Source: Schizochytrium sp. TIO01
Taxonomy: Eukaryota; Protista; Bigyra: Labyrinthulomycetes
Direction of reading: 5' to 3'
NCBI GenBank assembly: GCA_004764695.1
Contig: SMSO01000032.1
Coordinates: 1,488,001 to 1,552,000 of the forward strand
Length of the DNA stretch: 64,000 bases
In this document: piece after piece, positions 48,423 through 60,929 of the stretch
How the letters are laid out: every line of letters starts with the position of its first letter
How positions within the stretch are numbered: the first letter of the stretch is position 1
Made by a program: the position numbers and the translations under genes
The notes under the pieces: model-generated
What the model was told of the DNA's origin: nothing
What the model saw: only the letters and a program-made list of their open reading frames with translations
The model's database searches: none

Positions 48423-49650
48423 TTTTCCTCTCACACAATTTTCTCGCTGCAGTCAATTCACTTTCTTTTCTCGAGGTGAGGGATTTCAACAATCCAACAA
48501 AAGCGATATGCCGGACCAAATCTCTTTCTTGGTATAGGGATTCAGGTCTCTGAAGTTTTGGTTTTGCTGCTGGATGGATAGCTCTCACCTTGACATTTTC
48601 TCATTTATAGATAGTACCTACCTACTTAGCTCAAAGATACTAATAGGATACTACTAGTAATTATTATAGTGGCGGACCTTACGGCCCAAATCCAGCTTCC
48701 GGAGCGGACCGGCGGGGCTCAAATTTATATGGAACGCTGGCTGTGTCTTCAACACCTCAGTTTTGTAGTGTGATAACAGGCGACCTCGGCGTGAATCTCA
48801 TAGATTATAAAGACCTGTCTCTACTTCAAGAGCATATAATTTATAATCGTGTCACAAGCTTCCCTCGTTTTGGTTTTAATTTATTGCTGAGAGAAACAGA
48901 AAGAGGAATGATCAAAGACTATAGTGCCATCTATACACCAGACCCCACGCTATGGCATGGCTTCAAGCATAGTCTACAGGCTATGTATCTTTCGCGACGG
49001 TCTCCAAAGCAGCCACTGTAACAAAGTAGCTGACTCTCATTACCATAACGTGTGCGATCACCCCCTTGGCAAGACGTCGTGCTTCCTTATTTTGATTTAG
49101 GCCTACTAATCTTCTAGCCCCGAAATGCCGCACTTAGGTTTCCTCAGTGCCCAACTCAACTCTCTCTACGCAGCCTCGTCTTGAGCGTGTCTCACGAGTT
49201 TAGCAATAGCAAAACTGAGTTTAAGGTTTGTCAAAGTTTGCTAATCTCTAAATAAAGCTCTCTTCCAGCCCCGCAAAAAATGCTCCAAACCTCGCTAGCG
49301 CCTTGCTAGCTTTCGCTTGTTGACAGCCTGAGATATACTGCCTTGCAGCTAATCTTATTTTCTGGTCAATACCACATCTCCGTTGCCTGGTTTTCGCGCG
49401 AAGTTGCCAGTTTCGTGACGGAGATTCTGCTACGAATCTTCTGATCGTTCAGAAAGAGGGAGAGAGAGAAAGAGAAAAAGAAGATATTTCTTCGGACTCA
49501 AAAAGTTTGAATTCCATTTCGACTTCGTGGAGCCTCGCGCACTGTCAGCGTCGCAGCATTTCCTTTTCGCGGAGACTGAGCGTGCGCAGGGAATCATCGG
49601 TCCGCGGATCCTTGCAGCAGGGCTAGGCGTGTTCCTGCACTTAGGTCGCG

Positions 49651-51555
49651 ATGGCGGATGCTGCGCGGCTGCACAGCCATGGCCTACTCAAGGTGCCTCA
49701 CGAGTGCCTTGTGCGCGGGTTCAGACTAGCGCAAAAGACGTCAGAGAAGGATGTGGCAGCATCTGCAGGCCTCGTCAATGAACTATGCAGACGACTTGAA
49801 GCACAAAGCGAGGAGGAGGCGCGCGCCATCGACTGGGCCAAGGTCGAGGGGAATCTTGACCGCGTGGAGGAAAGACTCCGAAGAACTCGCAAACGCATTG
49901 CAGCAGCACGAAAAGATGCTGCATTGCTCATGGAAACATCAGCGAAGCGACTACGGTTCTGCCGCGAGGCCAATGATGAGGACTTGCTTCATGTACTTGT
50001 AGCGGATCACCTTGTAAGAAATGGCGTAGGTGGGCTTGGACGACGGCTGCTTGCGGCTCCAAGCTGGGAGTCAAGGTCTGGAAGTCAGAGCACAAACTCG
50101 GATCATGGCACTGATATAAATATGAGTTCAAAGCCAAATCTAGCAGACGGGTCAAGCACTAAGACTGTCTCGAAGGCTGGGCTAGAATACCTTGTCGATG
50201 ATGCTGTATTTGCAGAAGCTGGGGCGATCGCGGCTGGTCTGCGAGAGCGTAGGGACGCGGAACCAGCGCTTGCATGGTGCCAGGAAAACAGGTCACGATT
50301 GCGTCGTGTCGGAAGCTCGCTCGAATTCTCTCTTCGGAAAGCGTGTTTCCTAGAGATCGTTCAAGCAGGGAGATCAATCGAGGCCGTTGGGTATGCGAGG
50401 AAGCACCTTGCGGCATTTGCGCAAGATCACCTTGAGGAGGTGCAAAAAGCTGTTGCAGCACTTGCTCTACCCAGAGCACCGGAGCAGCGACCACCTCAAG
50501 TGCAGCAACTTAAAACACGTGCATGTGAAGGGGAGACAGAGGGACCTACCCAAGGTGCTAAAAAACGTAGAACTGATGAACATAGAGATCAGCAGCATCG
50601 ACAACACATCCAAAGCGAGAATCAGCAGCTTCAGACGCAAATGCGAAAGCTTAAAAAGGGATCAGAAGCGCCACCACGAAAGACACCCTGCACGTTTCCA
50701 GGACTCACAGAGAAGGACTGGGACGCTTTGGCGCGGCAGTTTGCGCAGGATAGTATACGCGCACTGAGCCTAGAGCAGCAGACAACAATGCAGGTTGCCG
50801 TCAAGGCGGGGCTAGCCTCACTGAGAACTGCACTTTGCTCGGATAGCTTTGCAACAAGATTCATGGGCCACAAGCGTCGCTGGTCTGGTGAAGAATCTGA
50901 ACGACTTGGTTTGCACGAAGGGAAAACGGGGGACTCAAAGCGTTACAGGAGCGAAAGACAAGGTGTTGATAATAGGAGCTCGTCCTCTGAAACGTCCTCC
51001 AGGAATGAAAGCAGGACTTCTTATTATACAGCACCCTCTGATATTGAACAAATGGATACAGAACCTCAAGCCGCACCGGGGTGGCTGAATCGCCCGCCTA
51101 TAGTACCAGAAATCCACCTACAACAACGTATTACACCACAAAGTTATAGGCTAGGCTCTGAGTCTCCAGTGTCACAGGAGAATGTGCCAAACGGAAATGG
51201 GAACCAAGGAAGTGGCAGTTTTAATCGATCCTCCGATTCGGGAGCTCTGCTTGATCCTGTCGAGTTGAAAACGGCAGCATGCCGGGTGCTGAATTGTCCA
51301 TGCTGCGACCCTTTGCTTGGAAGAGTTGCCGAGATGTTGCCTCTTAAGCAACAGATGCATTCTTCGCTTGTATGTCGAATTTCAGGCAAAGTGATGACTC
51401 AAGACAACCCACCGTATGCTTTGCCTAATGGTCAGGTTTATTCGTATGATGCATTGCATGAAATGGCTAAAAACAGTGGAGTATACTCTGTCACCTGCCC
51501 TGTTACAGGTAAACTATATAACTTTGATGAACTCAAACGGGTATACTTGACATAA
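49651..51555 (+). CDS. MAEA: CTLH/GID E3 ligase subunit MAEA (Gid9/Fyv10)
   Basis: LKVPHECLVRGFRLAQK N-terminus, LisH (VADHLVRNG), CTLH (ALAWCQENRSRLRRVGSSLEFSLR), CRA, and degenerate RING CPCC...HSSLVCRISG..M...NPPYALPNGQVYS...VTCPVTG. Confidence 0.9.
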   Translation: MADAARLHSHGLLKVPHECLVRGFRLAQKTSEKDVAASAGLVNELCRRLEAQSEEEARAIDWAKVEGNLDRVEERLRRTRKRIAAARKDAALLMETSAKRLRFCREANDEDLLHVLVADHLVRNGVGGLGRRLLAAPSWESRSGSQSTNSDHGTDINMSSKPNLADGSSTKTVSKAGLEYLVDDAVFAEAGAIAAGLRERRDAEPALAWCQENRSRLRRVGSSLEFSLRKACFLEIVQAGRSIEAVGYARKHLAAFAQDHLEEVQKAVAALALPRAPEQRPPQVQQLKTRACEGETEGPTQGAKKRRTDEHRDQQHRQHIQSENQQLQTQMRKLKKGSEAPPRKTPCTFPGLTEKDWDALARQFAQDSIRALSLEQQTTMQVAVKAGLASLRTALCSDSFATRFMGHKRRWSGEESERLGLHEGKTGDSKRYRSERQGVDNRSSSSETSSRNESRTSYYTAPSDIEQMDTEPQAAPGWLNRPPIVPEIHLQQRITPQSYRLGSESPVSQENVPNGNGNQGSGSFNRSSDSGALLDPVELKTAACRVLNCPCCDPLLGRVAEMLPLKQQMHSSLVCRISGKVMTQDNPPYALPNGQVYSYDALHEMAKNSGVYSVTCPVTGKLYNFDELKRVYLT

Positions 51556-52396
51556 AAAGAAAGTCATTGCCTAGAAAAATTGAAATTAAGTTTAACTCCA
51601 GACACGACTGCCAATAGAATTCAGAGAAGCGAATTCTCTGATGTATGAGACTGTGCGTCGGCGCAAACTCCTTGACCTTGCTTCTTTTTCTAAACAACTA
51701 TTTTCTACATATACTTGAAAAAGGAAGAATATATACATTTTAAAGTCTACTTGGAGAAACACACTATTGTGTGACACCTTTGCTTTAAAATCGACTCGCT
51801 ACAACAAGAAACTTCCATATATCCTTCTTAAAATCAGCCAAAGATAGAAATTGCATAATGCAACTTGAGCAAAATGTGTTTGTTTACAAAGTAGCTCCCG
51901 TGAGATGTCAGCCTGTTACATAAGCTTTCATCCACAATCCTACCACGTAAGCAGATTGAGTCCTACATAATGAAAGTATATCACTACACCGTGAAATACT
52001 TTCAAATTACAATATGCTAGTCTATGAGAGCTCCAATTCATAGGGGTCTTTGATTGAGAATTAACTATCACTATGAAAATTCGATTGGAAGTTTCCACAA
52101 TCTCTTTAAATCATGATAGAGAATAAAAACACACCGAGAGGTTCTACGACATCTCGATCAACTCTGGCAACCCCCCCTTGCCCATAGCTAGGTGCACAGT
52201 CATCGAGACATTCGCATTGTTTGCATTCTAACCCTCTTGCGTTAGTTGATTCTATAGTTGTCGGGGTCTGAGGCTCGGATCAATCGATCTTTCGAGCAAG
52301 AATTAGCTACGTAGAACTGTCTTGCAAAACCAATTCTCGATTTGAAGATACTTGAAGATCCTTCTGCGCCAGCTGTTGGCACCCCACCACTTGCGG

Positions 52397-52837
52397 ATGA
52401 GTCTAGCTCACAGCCTTGTCAAATCATGGCGACGCGCCCCATTTGTCTTTCTGGGAAAGGCCCTCTTGGGTAGTGTTGCAGTTGGCATTGTTTCTTTCAA
52501 CCTGCTTTTCGACCAGAGCTTTATGAGTGCTCCTGACATACTCGAGCAACGGCGACGCAAAGACGAACTTCAGAGACAGGGAATCTTGGAGTTCAACAAT
52601 CTCGATGGTCAAGACATGGCTGAGTCAGTCCCCCGCCTACGCGCTCACGAACAGCGACTTCGAGATCAAGCTCGGGAGCAAGAACAAGCATTAATTAACA
52701 TGCTTCAAGGTTTGAAAGATAAGACTCGCCAAGAAAAGCTTCAAGACGCAATGTCTGCTATGGGGCACATGATCTCCCCAACCAAAGCCTCGGTAGACCA
52801 ACCTGCGAAAAGGAACGACAATAGCGAAGAAAGTTAG
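52397..52837 (+). CDS. Small hypothetical protein with one N-terminal TM segment and a coiled coil
   Basis: 146-codon ORF from ATG 52397; hydrophobic ALLGSVAVGIVSFNLLF followed by E/Q/R-rich helices; flanked by AT-richer non-coding sequence. Confidence 0.6.
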   Translation: MSLAHSLVKSWRRAPFVFLGKALLGSVAVGIVSFNLLFDQSFMSAPDILEQRRRKDELQRQGILEFNNLDGQDMAESVPRLRAHEQRLRDQAREQEQALINMLQGLKDKTRQEKLQDAMSAMGHMISPTKASVDQPAKRNDNSEES

Positions 52838-53385
52838 AAAGGTATTTCGATCAAATTGATGTTTTCAAGTGAAAACAGCATGAGCTCCAACAAGAAAGTA
52901 TTACAGGAGACATGTGATTTTCCTTGAATATAATCATTCTCGGCCAAATTATACATTTGTTCCTGAATTAGATATGACGATTTCCGCTTTTTATGTTTGG
53001 CATTGTATCCAAGAATATCTAGCCTAAAATGTAGACTATATTTAACTTTTTTAAATATTGAATTCTTGCAGCACCTTGAGTGAAATCTTCACCATCCCAC
53101 TCATGAGTGATTATTTGGGCTTGAGCTTAAACCCAACATAAAAGATTTTTTTTTTAACTCGTTACCTCTGACTAGTGGAAGTGCCATTCAAATTATTCTC
53201 CTCGAATATAACAAAGTCTACGAAGCGTCCTAGGTTAGCTTCAAAAATAAGTATTGAGGTTTGGGGTTCTTGCTTCAGCCAACTCAAGAGTCTGTATGAA
53301 ATAGAAATAGTAGATGTATTCGGAATCAGGTAACAAATTACAAAATCAACTTTTTTCATGGGAATCGGAAGTTGCTTATCTAGTT

Positions 53386-55914
53386 TCAAAAGAAGTTCTC
53401 TGGGCGACCAGGTGGACCGGCACGTTCGTACTTCATAATAGAGTGGCATAACGCGGGCTCAGACTCGATGATAGCATCAATATTTCCGAAAGAAAGTGAG
53501 GGTTCCTGAGCAAACTCATAAGCGCGTTTCTCATTAATCAAAATATTAGGATTTGCTAGCTCTGAGGTAAGACTGTCGATCACCATGACATAGGTCAAAG
53601 GAGGGTCCTCCCCTCCCTCCATTGTAGCTGTTCCAGGGGTATCGCCATACATCGCTTTAGTGTAGTCAGAGGTCATCAAATAAATAGCTTGATGAGTTGC
53701 ATATCGACCATCCGGAGTAAACAGTTGCCTGCATTTTCCCTTCTTATCAGGGAAGCGTCCAATCCAAAACAGAACACCGCTCGCAGAAAAGGTGACTGGT
53801 TCTTCTGTGTACTGGAAATTTTTCACGAGCATTTGGGTCCATGGTCCTGTAGGGTCGCCCATGAGGTTATGGAATGTGTTATTTGCAATACGCACTTCGA
53901 AATGACTCATTGATTGAGAAATTTGAGAGGCAAAGGGACGGGTCATAATGCCCATTTCTTCCACTAGGAAGTCGTCATAGGCGGCAGCATCACCTTCAAT
54001 CCTCCTCCATGAGCCATTTATGTGATCATAACGAGAATCAGGATTGACTAATTTGAATTGGCGAATAAGATCACGCTTTTTGTTTGCAGCAGGAATGCAC
54101 ATAAGGAACGATTCAAGAGTCTTCACATCGTTGTCTTGAAACTCCTGAAGCTCATCAGCCTGATCGGCAAGAATTTCTTCGATGACAGAACCAAGTGACT
54201 GCTCGAATGACTCATACAGACGAAGAGCGATGGCACGAGCAAAATCATTCTCGAGTAGACCACTTTGGGAGGTTGACAAGGCTGCTTCGAGGCTCTCACC
54301 TGCAGGACCGGTAGTGCAGCTTTCGAAAAATCGATCCAGAGTCTCGCCCATCTTACGGTTTTCTGCAATTTCACGAAGCATGTAATTTTGGCGTTCGCGA
54401 AACTCGTCCTTGAAAGGAGAATTTGTAGTTTTGTCTTCAGTCTTTGCTACAGGTACGGATGCATAGCCAGATGATGCCACTTGCGGAGGAATGCCTACCG
54501 CCACAGCCGCGTGTTGAGCCGCTGCAGGATGGACAGGATTGTTGATGGGTTCCAAATTTGAAGTGTCCAAAGCAGCATCAAGAGGAGCATCGAAATCAAA
54601 GTTTGCGTCGTCCATATCCAGCTCCAATTCATCTGAGTCTCCGAACAAAAAGCTACTGAGGTCTTCATCGCCGAGAGTCTCAAGAAATAATGGCGCTGCA
54701 ATGTTGGAAACTAGTTCTTGTCTCCGTAGATAGGCCCGATTCTTCTGCAATTGGCCGCAGCGAATCTTTTCGGCATGGCAAAGCGCCATTAATCCTGCAA
54801 TCAGCTTTGCTCGTGACGATTTCTTCATCCGGGTTCGGTTTTCTAGGTCTGGATCGGAATTTGTAATATTTCTGTGAGCGGATTCTTCTTCAAGCCGATC
54901 TCGCTTTCTTCTCAAAATTGTACGACCAGAAGTAAGGGTGAAAGGAGGGGATGCCTTTGTACTCACGAGACGAAGAAATCCATCATCGTACTTTTCAAAG
55001 AGAAAGACATTCAAACAATGCTCGACATGCTTCAGCTGCCGACTGGACTGCCACATATAGTTCCACTTCATTCGGTCGCCACGAACACGGACAATCACTG
55101 ATTGTAAATTTGAAGATGTTCTTGAATTTGTTCCTGATATGATTTCACAGGAGATCATGCCGGTGATATTTGCGAGATCATTTTCCATCACACCCTCGTG
55201 AGAGGCAAACTGACTTTGCAAGTCTTGTCCACTGACAGGACATAGCAGTGCATAAGCACAGAGAGGGCCGTAACTTTGGAAACCTTGATTCAAGGTTGCC
55301 TTAAAATCAGCGGCCGAGCCACAATAACCGCGTTGTTGATGCTCTCCAGCGCATCCATTTTTACCATGAGCAGGAAAACAGCGAAGGTTTTTAGTTTTGT
55401 TACGGCCATCCCAACGCCGCTCGTAGCCAGCCTCAAATGTTGACAGGGGTTCTATGCTCCATGAGGGAATCCAGCACCCATCGCAGTTTGAGGATGCTCC
55501 TGCATTTGTGGGCTTTCGTTTATATAGTTGTGGCTCCTGCGACGGCTGTTGTGTCGGAGAATGCGGCAATGACCCAGAAGAAGAAAGCGACGAGGAAGAT
55601 CCGCGGTGAGTGAGGTAGATACTTTTACTGTGGTCATCTTCATTACCGTTGCTAGGAGGAGACGAGGTAGCTTGGCCTTCAGAAGCACCGCCATATAATG
55701 TACCAGAGGGAGTCAAGGGCGGTTCGACATTGTGATCACTTGAATAGTACTGAGAGTCACTCGCAGGAGCATGGAATGAATACAGCATGGATGCGGATTG
55801 TTCACCAGTTGAAGCAATGTTCGCACTCTTACGATTCATGAGGTCATCCCCAGGCATTGATCCGAAGTACAACATGCCATCATCATCTCCAAAGTTCAAT
55901 TGATGAGAGTCCAT
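53386..55914 (-). CDS. Hypothetical ~842-aa protein; putative DNA-binding domain (KNLRCFP...H...GYCG...SPPF) plus a C-terminal beta-rich domain
   Basis: Long intact ORF with first ATG at 55914. Ser/Pro-rich N-terminus, Cys/His motif, basic stretch ILRRKRDR and an acidic linker. The coding status is solid; the function is inferred. Confidence 0.75.
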   Translation of the reverse strand: MDSHQLNFGDDDGMLYFGSMPGDDLMNRKSANIASTGEQSASMLYSFHAPASDSQYYSSDHNVEPPLTPSGTLYGGASEGQATSSPPSNGNEDDHSKSIYLTHRGSSSSLSSSGSLPHSPTQQPSQEPQLYKRKPTNAGASSNCDGCWIPSWSIEPLSTFEAGYERRWDGRNKTKNLRCFPAHGKNGCAGEHQQRGYCGSAADFKATLNQGFQSYGPLCAYALLCPVSGQDLQSQFASHEGVMENDLANITGMISCEIISGTNSRTSSNLQSVIVRVRGDRMKWNYMWQSSRQLKHVEHCLNVFLFEKYDDGFLRLVSTKASPPFTLTSGRTILRRKRDRLEEESAHRNITNSDPDLENRTRMKKSSRAKLIAGLMALCHAEKIRCGQLQKNRAYLRRQELVSNIAAPLFLETLGDEDLSSFLFGDSDELELDMDDANFDFDAPLDAALDTSNLEPINNPVHPAAAQHAAVAVGIPPQVASSGYASVPVAKTEDKTTNSPFKDEFRERQNYMLREIAENRKMGETLDRFFESCTTGPAGESLEAALSTSQSGLLENDFARAIALRLYESFEQSLGSVIEEILADQADELQEFQDNDVKTLESFLMCIPAANKKRDLIRQFKLVNPDSRYDHINGSWRRIEGDAAAYDDFLVEEMGIMTRPFASQISQSMSHFEVRIANNTFHNLMGDPTGPWTQMLVKNFQYTEEPVTFSASGVLFWIGRFPDKKGKCRQLFTPDGRYATHQAIYLMTSDYTKAMYGDTPGTATMEGGEDPPLTYVMVIDSLTSELANPNILINEKRAYEFAQEPSLSFGNIDAIIESEPALCHSIMKYERAGPPGRPENFF

Positions 55915-58088
55915 CGTGCCTCCAGGATTTCGCTTTAATAAGAAAAGACAGAGATACCAAACCACTCCAATACAGACTTTATAAACGTAGTGTGTAACTC
56001 GCGAAAGTACAGAAACACTACCGTGTACGCAAGGAAACTTCGGCACAAACCCGGTCAGAAGTGCTAGTTCTCTTTGCGGATTTAGACAAAGCTGATAATC
56101 TTCTGAGTTCTTTGATTATGTGTAAATGGTCTGGCTTATGTGGTAAGTCCAGAGGTATTAGAATGTTCGTGGTGCTGGTGGTGCTCGTGAGAGTTGAGTC
56201 TTTAAAAGGTTTTTTTAAGCCTGATCACAGATAGGTTGGTTGATTGATGCCTTCGCGCGAAGAAGGAAGGGGAGAGAGACTAGCCGCACAGGCGCCCCCT
56301 GCAACACCACGTTTATTATGGAGCCGCTGAACGCCGCACAATTTACGTATATACCTGCTGCTCCGCGTATTCACCAAAAAGTCGCGTCGGTACCCCAGGA
56401 TGTAGCGATCACGATTTGGGTTTGCTGACCTTGCTCGCACTCGACACGAGCTAAGTTTCTCCGAATTTGATATTTCCCCTCCACTGCACTCTCTCCTTTC
56501 AATAAAGTGATGTGTGTTAATAGGTTTGTTTAAAAAAAAAAAGAAGAACAGCAATAAAAATAAATCAAGTAAGATGATGAGATACTCTAAGTTGCCTTCG
56601 AAGACTTTGGTACTTTGATACACCTAACATTTCCTCTTGTCCAGAAATGTTCATTTGTTCTGTCTCAAACGCGAGTACGTAGGCTTTTTATAAAATCATA
56701 AATATCAGTGAAAAGCTCAAAAAATGAAAATATTCAAAATTGATATCGACTACTAACCCAGTTTTGTTTACCATGTTCCCTAGTAGAAGTACTGTTTTAT
56801 CATTTTAAACCACATTTATAGTCACGGACATCTATTAATTAGAAAAAACATTTTTTTCAATATTTTACTTATATTACTTATATGTAGCTGTGAAGACTGA
56901 GAAGTGACTCGAATCATATAATTTTACTTCAGTGTTTTTTCCATTAGTGATTTACTAAGTATTACCATAGTATTCGAGTTATTAATCTATTCTAAGGTAA
57001 AACATGAAATACTTGAGTTTTAAGATGGATTATTGAAAAGTAAATTAGTTGATTGAAGAGAGTTATCGATGTGAGGAAGAAAATTGAAGTGATTGCTGAA
57101 TCAATTTGGTGCGATGCGATAAATGATTCTCCAATATAGGTATTCTGTTATGTCTAAAGGAAAGTCAGTATCAGTGGAATCACAGCACATCCAAGAATGC
57201 AACAGTGTTATTTGGTTGGCTTTGGATTCATATCTAGCTCACAGAAGAGTGGTCGAGTGAATGACCTACGGGGTCCCAACCTTGTTTCGTCTTTAAAAGA
57301 ATAATTTAAAATACTTTTAATTTTAAAAGTCGAATATTGATATTTTTAGAATAGTATTCTGGCCCACCAGGCTATCTGGCGATGCCAGCTAGCTGCGCAA
57401 AGAAAGGTCTAAGCCTTCGCGAGCTTGCGAGAGGCGTCCTTGCGAACCTTTTCAGACTCACAGCCGCAGCTAATACTAGCTGCGAGCCCACTCCAGGTCG
57501 CCTCTCTTCTTGAAAAGCTCTTTCAACTTGAGATTACCTCTTTCAGACTAGTCAGAGGTTCTTCTGATAAACGTTTTACTTGGGAAGTTAAAACAAAGAG
57601 CTTTTAGCTCTGTGGTGATCAGGGAAGGAGTCCCAACCCTATATGAGCGAAGATAAGGGCGAGGAAGCACATACATACCTATGCACATGTCAACAGCTGA
57701 GACCGGGCGTTGAGTTTGGCTCTGATTCGGTTGGATTGGAACCACACATGCAATCTTGAGGAAGGTCGTCGTCTCTATGAGGAGCAAATGAAATGGAGAA
57801 GACGCTTGAAAGGATGGTCAACAACAGCCTCAGCGATTTAAACAAAAGTTGGCGTGCTTTCATAGAAAGGCAGCCAACAGATAAGAAGGCTTTTGTGGCC
57901 AGCAACTTGCCGCATGAGCGAGGTACACTTTTGCGAATGCACGCAGCTATCAAGTTGGATTCTGCTGAAAAGTGAGGAACATTCGACTTGTCTTTCTGCG
58001 TATGGACATGACTATACCTGGAAAGAAAGAAATATGTGCAAGAAGAGGATCTCAGCCACGGAGTCAGAAGCTCAAGCTCCTCCGATTT

Positions 58089-58090
<2 letters not shown>

Positions 58091-58121
<31 letters not shown>
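58091..58121. repeat. (GCTT)n microsatellite
   Basis: About 7-8 perfect units. Confidence 0.9.
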
Positions 58122-58367
58122 AGCTTGTGGTAGGTAGGCATTGGTTAGCCTTGCTTGCAATTCGAGCAGACGATCACTGCTATCTGATGAGCTGGGTCAA
58201 ACAAGAAGTTGCCAAATGGACCACGTGCGAGATCGCGAAAGCAGTTCTCTTGCTTGATGCTTCGCGAAGTATGAAGAAGAGGCACTCGTCGAAGATTGTG
58301 AGGGCCAGATGCCCATGGGAAGAAATTGCTGGGACGGATTTCAACAAGTTCTTGGTTGTAATTCTCA

Positions 58368-58484
<117 letters not shown>

Positions 58485-60929
58485 AAAAGTTGTTGTTATT
58501 GGAAAAAGAAACAAATAAGAGATTGCATCCCATCTGACATAAAAGTCTGGGGCTAAATATCCCAGACAAAACCCAAAGAAAATTTATCGCGCATGCTTGA
58601 AAAAATTTCATAAATTAGATCAGGCTGGTACGAAATCAGGTGAAGTCCCAATAGAAAATGAACCTGCGTATTCATGGATGCGAACGTACTAGATTGCCTC
58701 CATGCATATGATGATGATGCGCATGTGAAAACACCAGCAGGCACCTACGTATTCTCTAGGTTTATGCCCATCCCTTTTTTCTCTTCTCTATTTTGCTTCT
58801 TCTGTTTTTTGTTGCAAAAACTTTATAACTTTTTTATCATTCTTATTCAAGTAATTTACTATTTATTTTCTATAGCACAAATCGCAGCTAAGGAATTCTA
58901 TTTTGGACGAACATTAACTTCTTTATGCATATCGCTTCTCCACTATGTAATTCCCTCTCTGCGCAACGTCCCAGGAACATGCCGAAGAATCGTCCTCTCT
59001 TTAAGGGCTATTTTCGGCGCACTTTTTCAGAAAATCCTGATATTTACATTCAACACTAACTAGAATAGCTTCAAACCTCGAATGGGGACAGCTAACCCAT
59101 GTATGCGACAGTCTACTAAGAGACCCTTTTCTTTCTAATTTCAGGTTATTCTATTTGGGGTTCAGGCAACCTTTTACAGCCCCAACAGACGGATAAAACA
59201 CGCTCTGTCAGCCACCCTTATTTAAGCTTTTTTCTTTTCTTTTTATTTTAATTTTTTAAAATGCTTGATTTTGTTGGGCGACATCAATTTTCTTTTCTGT
59301 ACATCATAGAAAGAGTTCGTAGTTGTTTCAGACTTCATAAGGAGGCTAGGTTGTGGGATAGCGATTTAGGCATCCTAAACGTTCATCAGGACATATCTAA
59401 TTGACATGATCTTTCCTTTCATTCGAATTCACTTTCCTAAGATGCATCTTGACAGAATATGCTTTTAAAATTCAAAATTCATACAGTGTTTTTTTTTTTT
59501 TCTATTATTTAAAAAAAAAAAAAAAAAAGTTAAAACATGAAATGAAAAGAAAACTAAATGAATGTGTAGAAAGTGGGTAACATGTTTGCAGACGAAAACA
59601 GATAAGTAATGAGACTTGTAGCGTCAATATCCCAATACTATTGACCTATGCATATATACACGTTGATTTTATTGCCCGCTTGCAGCTTGCGGCTTCAATT
59701 GTAGTAATTATGCGTTTGCTACGCTCCATCGACAAGCGTTAGGCGTTGGCGAAGGGAGCAAACCACCTAAATTATTTCTCATAATTTATAAAATTAGACC
59801 TCCGCGAGTCAGTGCCTCAACTTAGCCAACATTCTCAGCCACCTAAGATACTCAGGCTAGAATTTCCCTTTAAAGCAGGGTTTCTGGCAAGGGAGAAATC
59901 CTCAATGAAATGATTCTTCAAAACCTAAAAATTTACCTAATTTATAAAAGCGTCTATCCACGTCTTCTAACTTCCAAACATACTATTAAGATAATTCCCA
60001 AGAGAGACTTGCATTACTGGAAACGCATAAGTACTACACCTTCGTGGGTGCATTGCTTTTGGTTGGCTAACCTGAATTTTGTAATGCACGGTTCTTCAAA
60101 ACATAGGGGCCGTATGCTTTGCAACAATGAAGCATGATCTCTACCTTAAGCTGTGACAATCATATTTAAAATTTATGTTACCGCTGAAGGTTACATGAAA
60201 AGAAAGATTGTGGTGTTCAATCTTGGTATTTGAAAAAGCAAAGCTATAATACCTTCAACCACACTACTTCTAAAATAGATCCTTGTTGTTTAGAACACAA
60301 TATGAAAATTATCAATTCTACAGTATTATCTTGTCAGCGAACTATTTCAAGAGCCGCATCTATTTAAAATAAGAGAGCCGATATGAAATAAAGAGGGCGC
60401 CAGCAAAGCATTAACTCTCTTTTAATAAAATGTTAATATATGCGTTGTTCCAAGAGTTATGATTTCCCTCTTACATAAAGAAGCAAACTGAATGTTTCTC
60501 CACTTTCGAAAGCATAAATATGGAAAAGCCTGACGTAGACTTTAATTGCTGTTCCAAGGACATCCTTGGCAGAACTGTGATAGTTTAGGTATGTACTCCA
60601 AAACCTATCCAAATCCGCATGCTTTACTTCCCCCTCACTATATCATGGCGTTTAATTAGTTAAAGCAACGATGTCAGCACTAAAATTTAAACTTTGTAAG
60701 GACAACCTTAATTTTTTTTAATCTCATTGGGTAATCTCCGACTATGTTATTTTTCAGGAATGCCATATATATATATATATATATCCTGATATATTTTATC
60801 GAATCCCGACTTGTTTGGTGAAGAAGTAATAATCTCTCAATAGACGTAGTCTTACAAAAGACCTACTGCTGATGAAAATCTAAGCTTTGCTTTCAACCAG
60901 CCTCCAATGCCTCTATCTGCAAGTCTTCA

